DNA of 31,405 nt from Coleofasciculaceae cyanobacterium CTOTU46645 (GTDB lineage Bacteria > Cyanobacteriota > Cyanobacteriia > Cyanobacteriales > Coleofasciculaceae). The translations under genes were made by a program, and so were the position numbers. Position 1 is the first letter of the stretch; the number at the start of each line of letters is the position of its first letter. The stretch covers positions 1-31,405 of the forward strand of contig DALYKJ010000064.1 in NCBI GenBank assembly GCA_031969375.1, given 5' to 3'. Shown here one piece after another: positions 31,379-31,405 of the stretch. The notes beneath the pieces were generated by a model. That model worked only from the letters and a program-made list of their open reading frames with translations, did no database searches and was not told the DNA's origin.

Positions 31379-31405
31379 TAACTGTCAACTGTCAACTGTC
31401 AACTA
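31379..31405. repeat. STRR heptamer repeat (AACTGTC units) at the window end
   Basis: taactgtcaactgtcaactgtcaacta. Confidence 0.8.

Overview
This window is a cyanobacterial chromosomal segment. HIP1 octamers (GCGATCGC) recur throughout, STRR-type heptanucleotide tandem repeats sit in many intergenic spacers, and G5/C5 hairpin MITEs are present. About two thirds of it is a compact, uninterrupted nitrogen-fixation (nif) gene cluster. On the minus strand lie nifT-nifZ-nifV-cysE(nifP). They diverge across a 1.2-kb repeat-rich regulatory region from a long plus-strand array: nifB-nifS-nifU-nifH-nifD-nifK, a small Mo-nitrogenase C-terminal-family orf, nifE-nifN-nifX, DUF269, DUF683, nifW-hesA-hesB-fdxH, and a nif-type 2[4Fe-4S] ferredoxin. 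Three features of the cluster stand out. nifD and nifK carry no excision element. There is no fdxN between nifB and nifS. Three copies of one MITE family sit inside the cluster, two within plus-strand intergenic spacers (DUF269/DUF683 and fdxH/ferredoxin) and one downstream of nifT. Downstream of the cluster are a small Arg-rich orf, a SAM methyltransferase, a single-domain Mop molbindin, a CaCA-type cation antiporter, a secreted PPC-like protein with three about 85-aa Cys-containing repeats, a REC-histidine kinase hybrid and enolase. The last gene is a complete 881-aa homolog of the eukaryotic major vault protein (MVP), which is the most unusual gene in the window. No rRNA, tRNA, CRISPR array or transposase gene was found.
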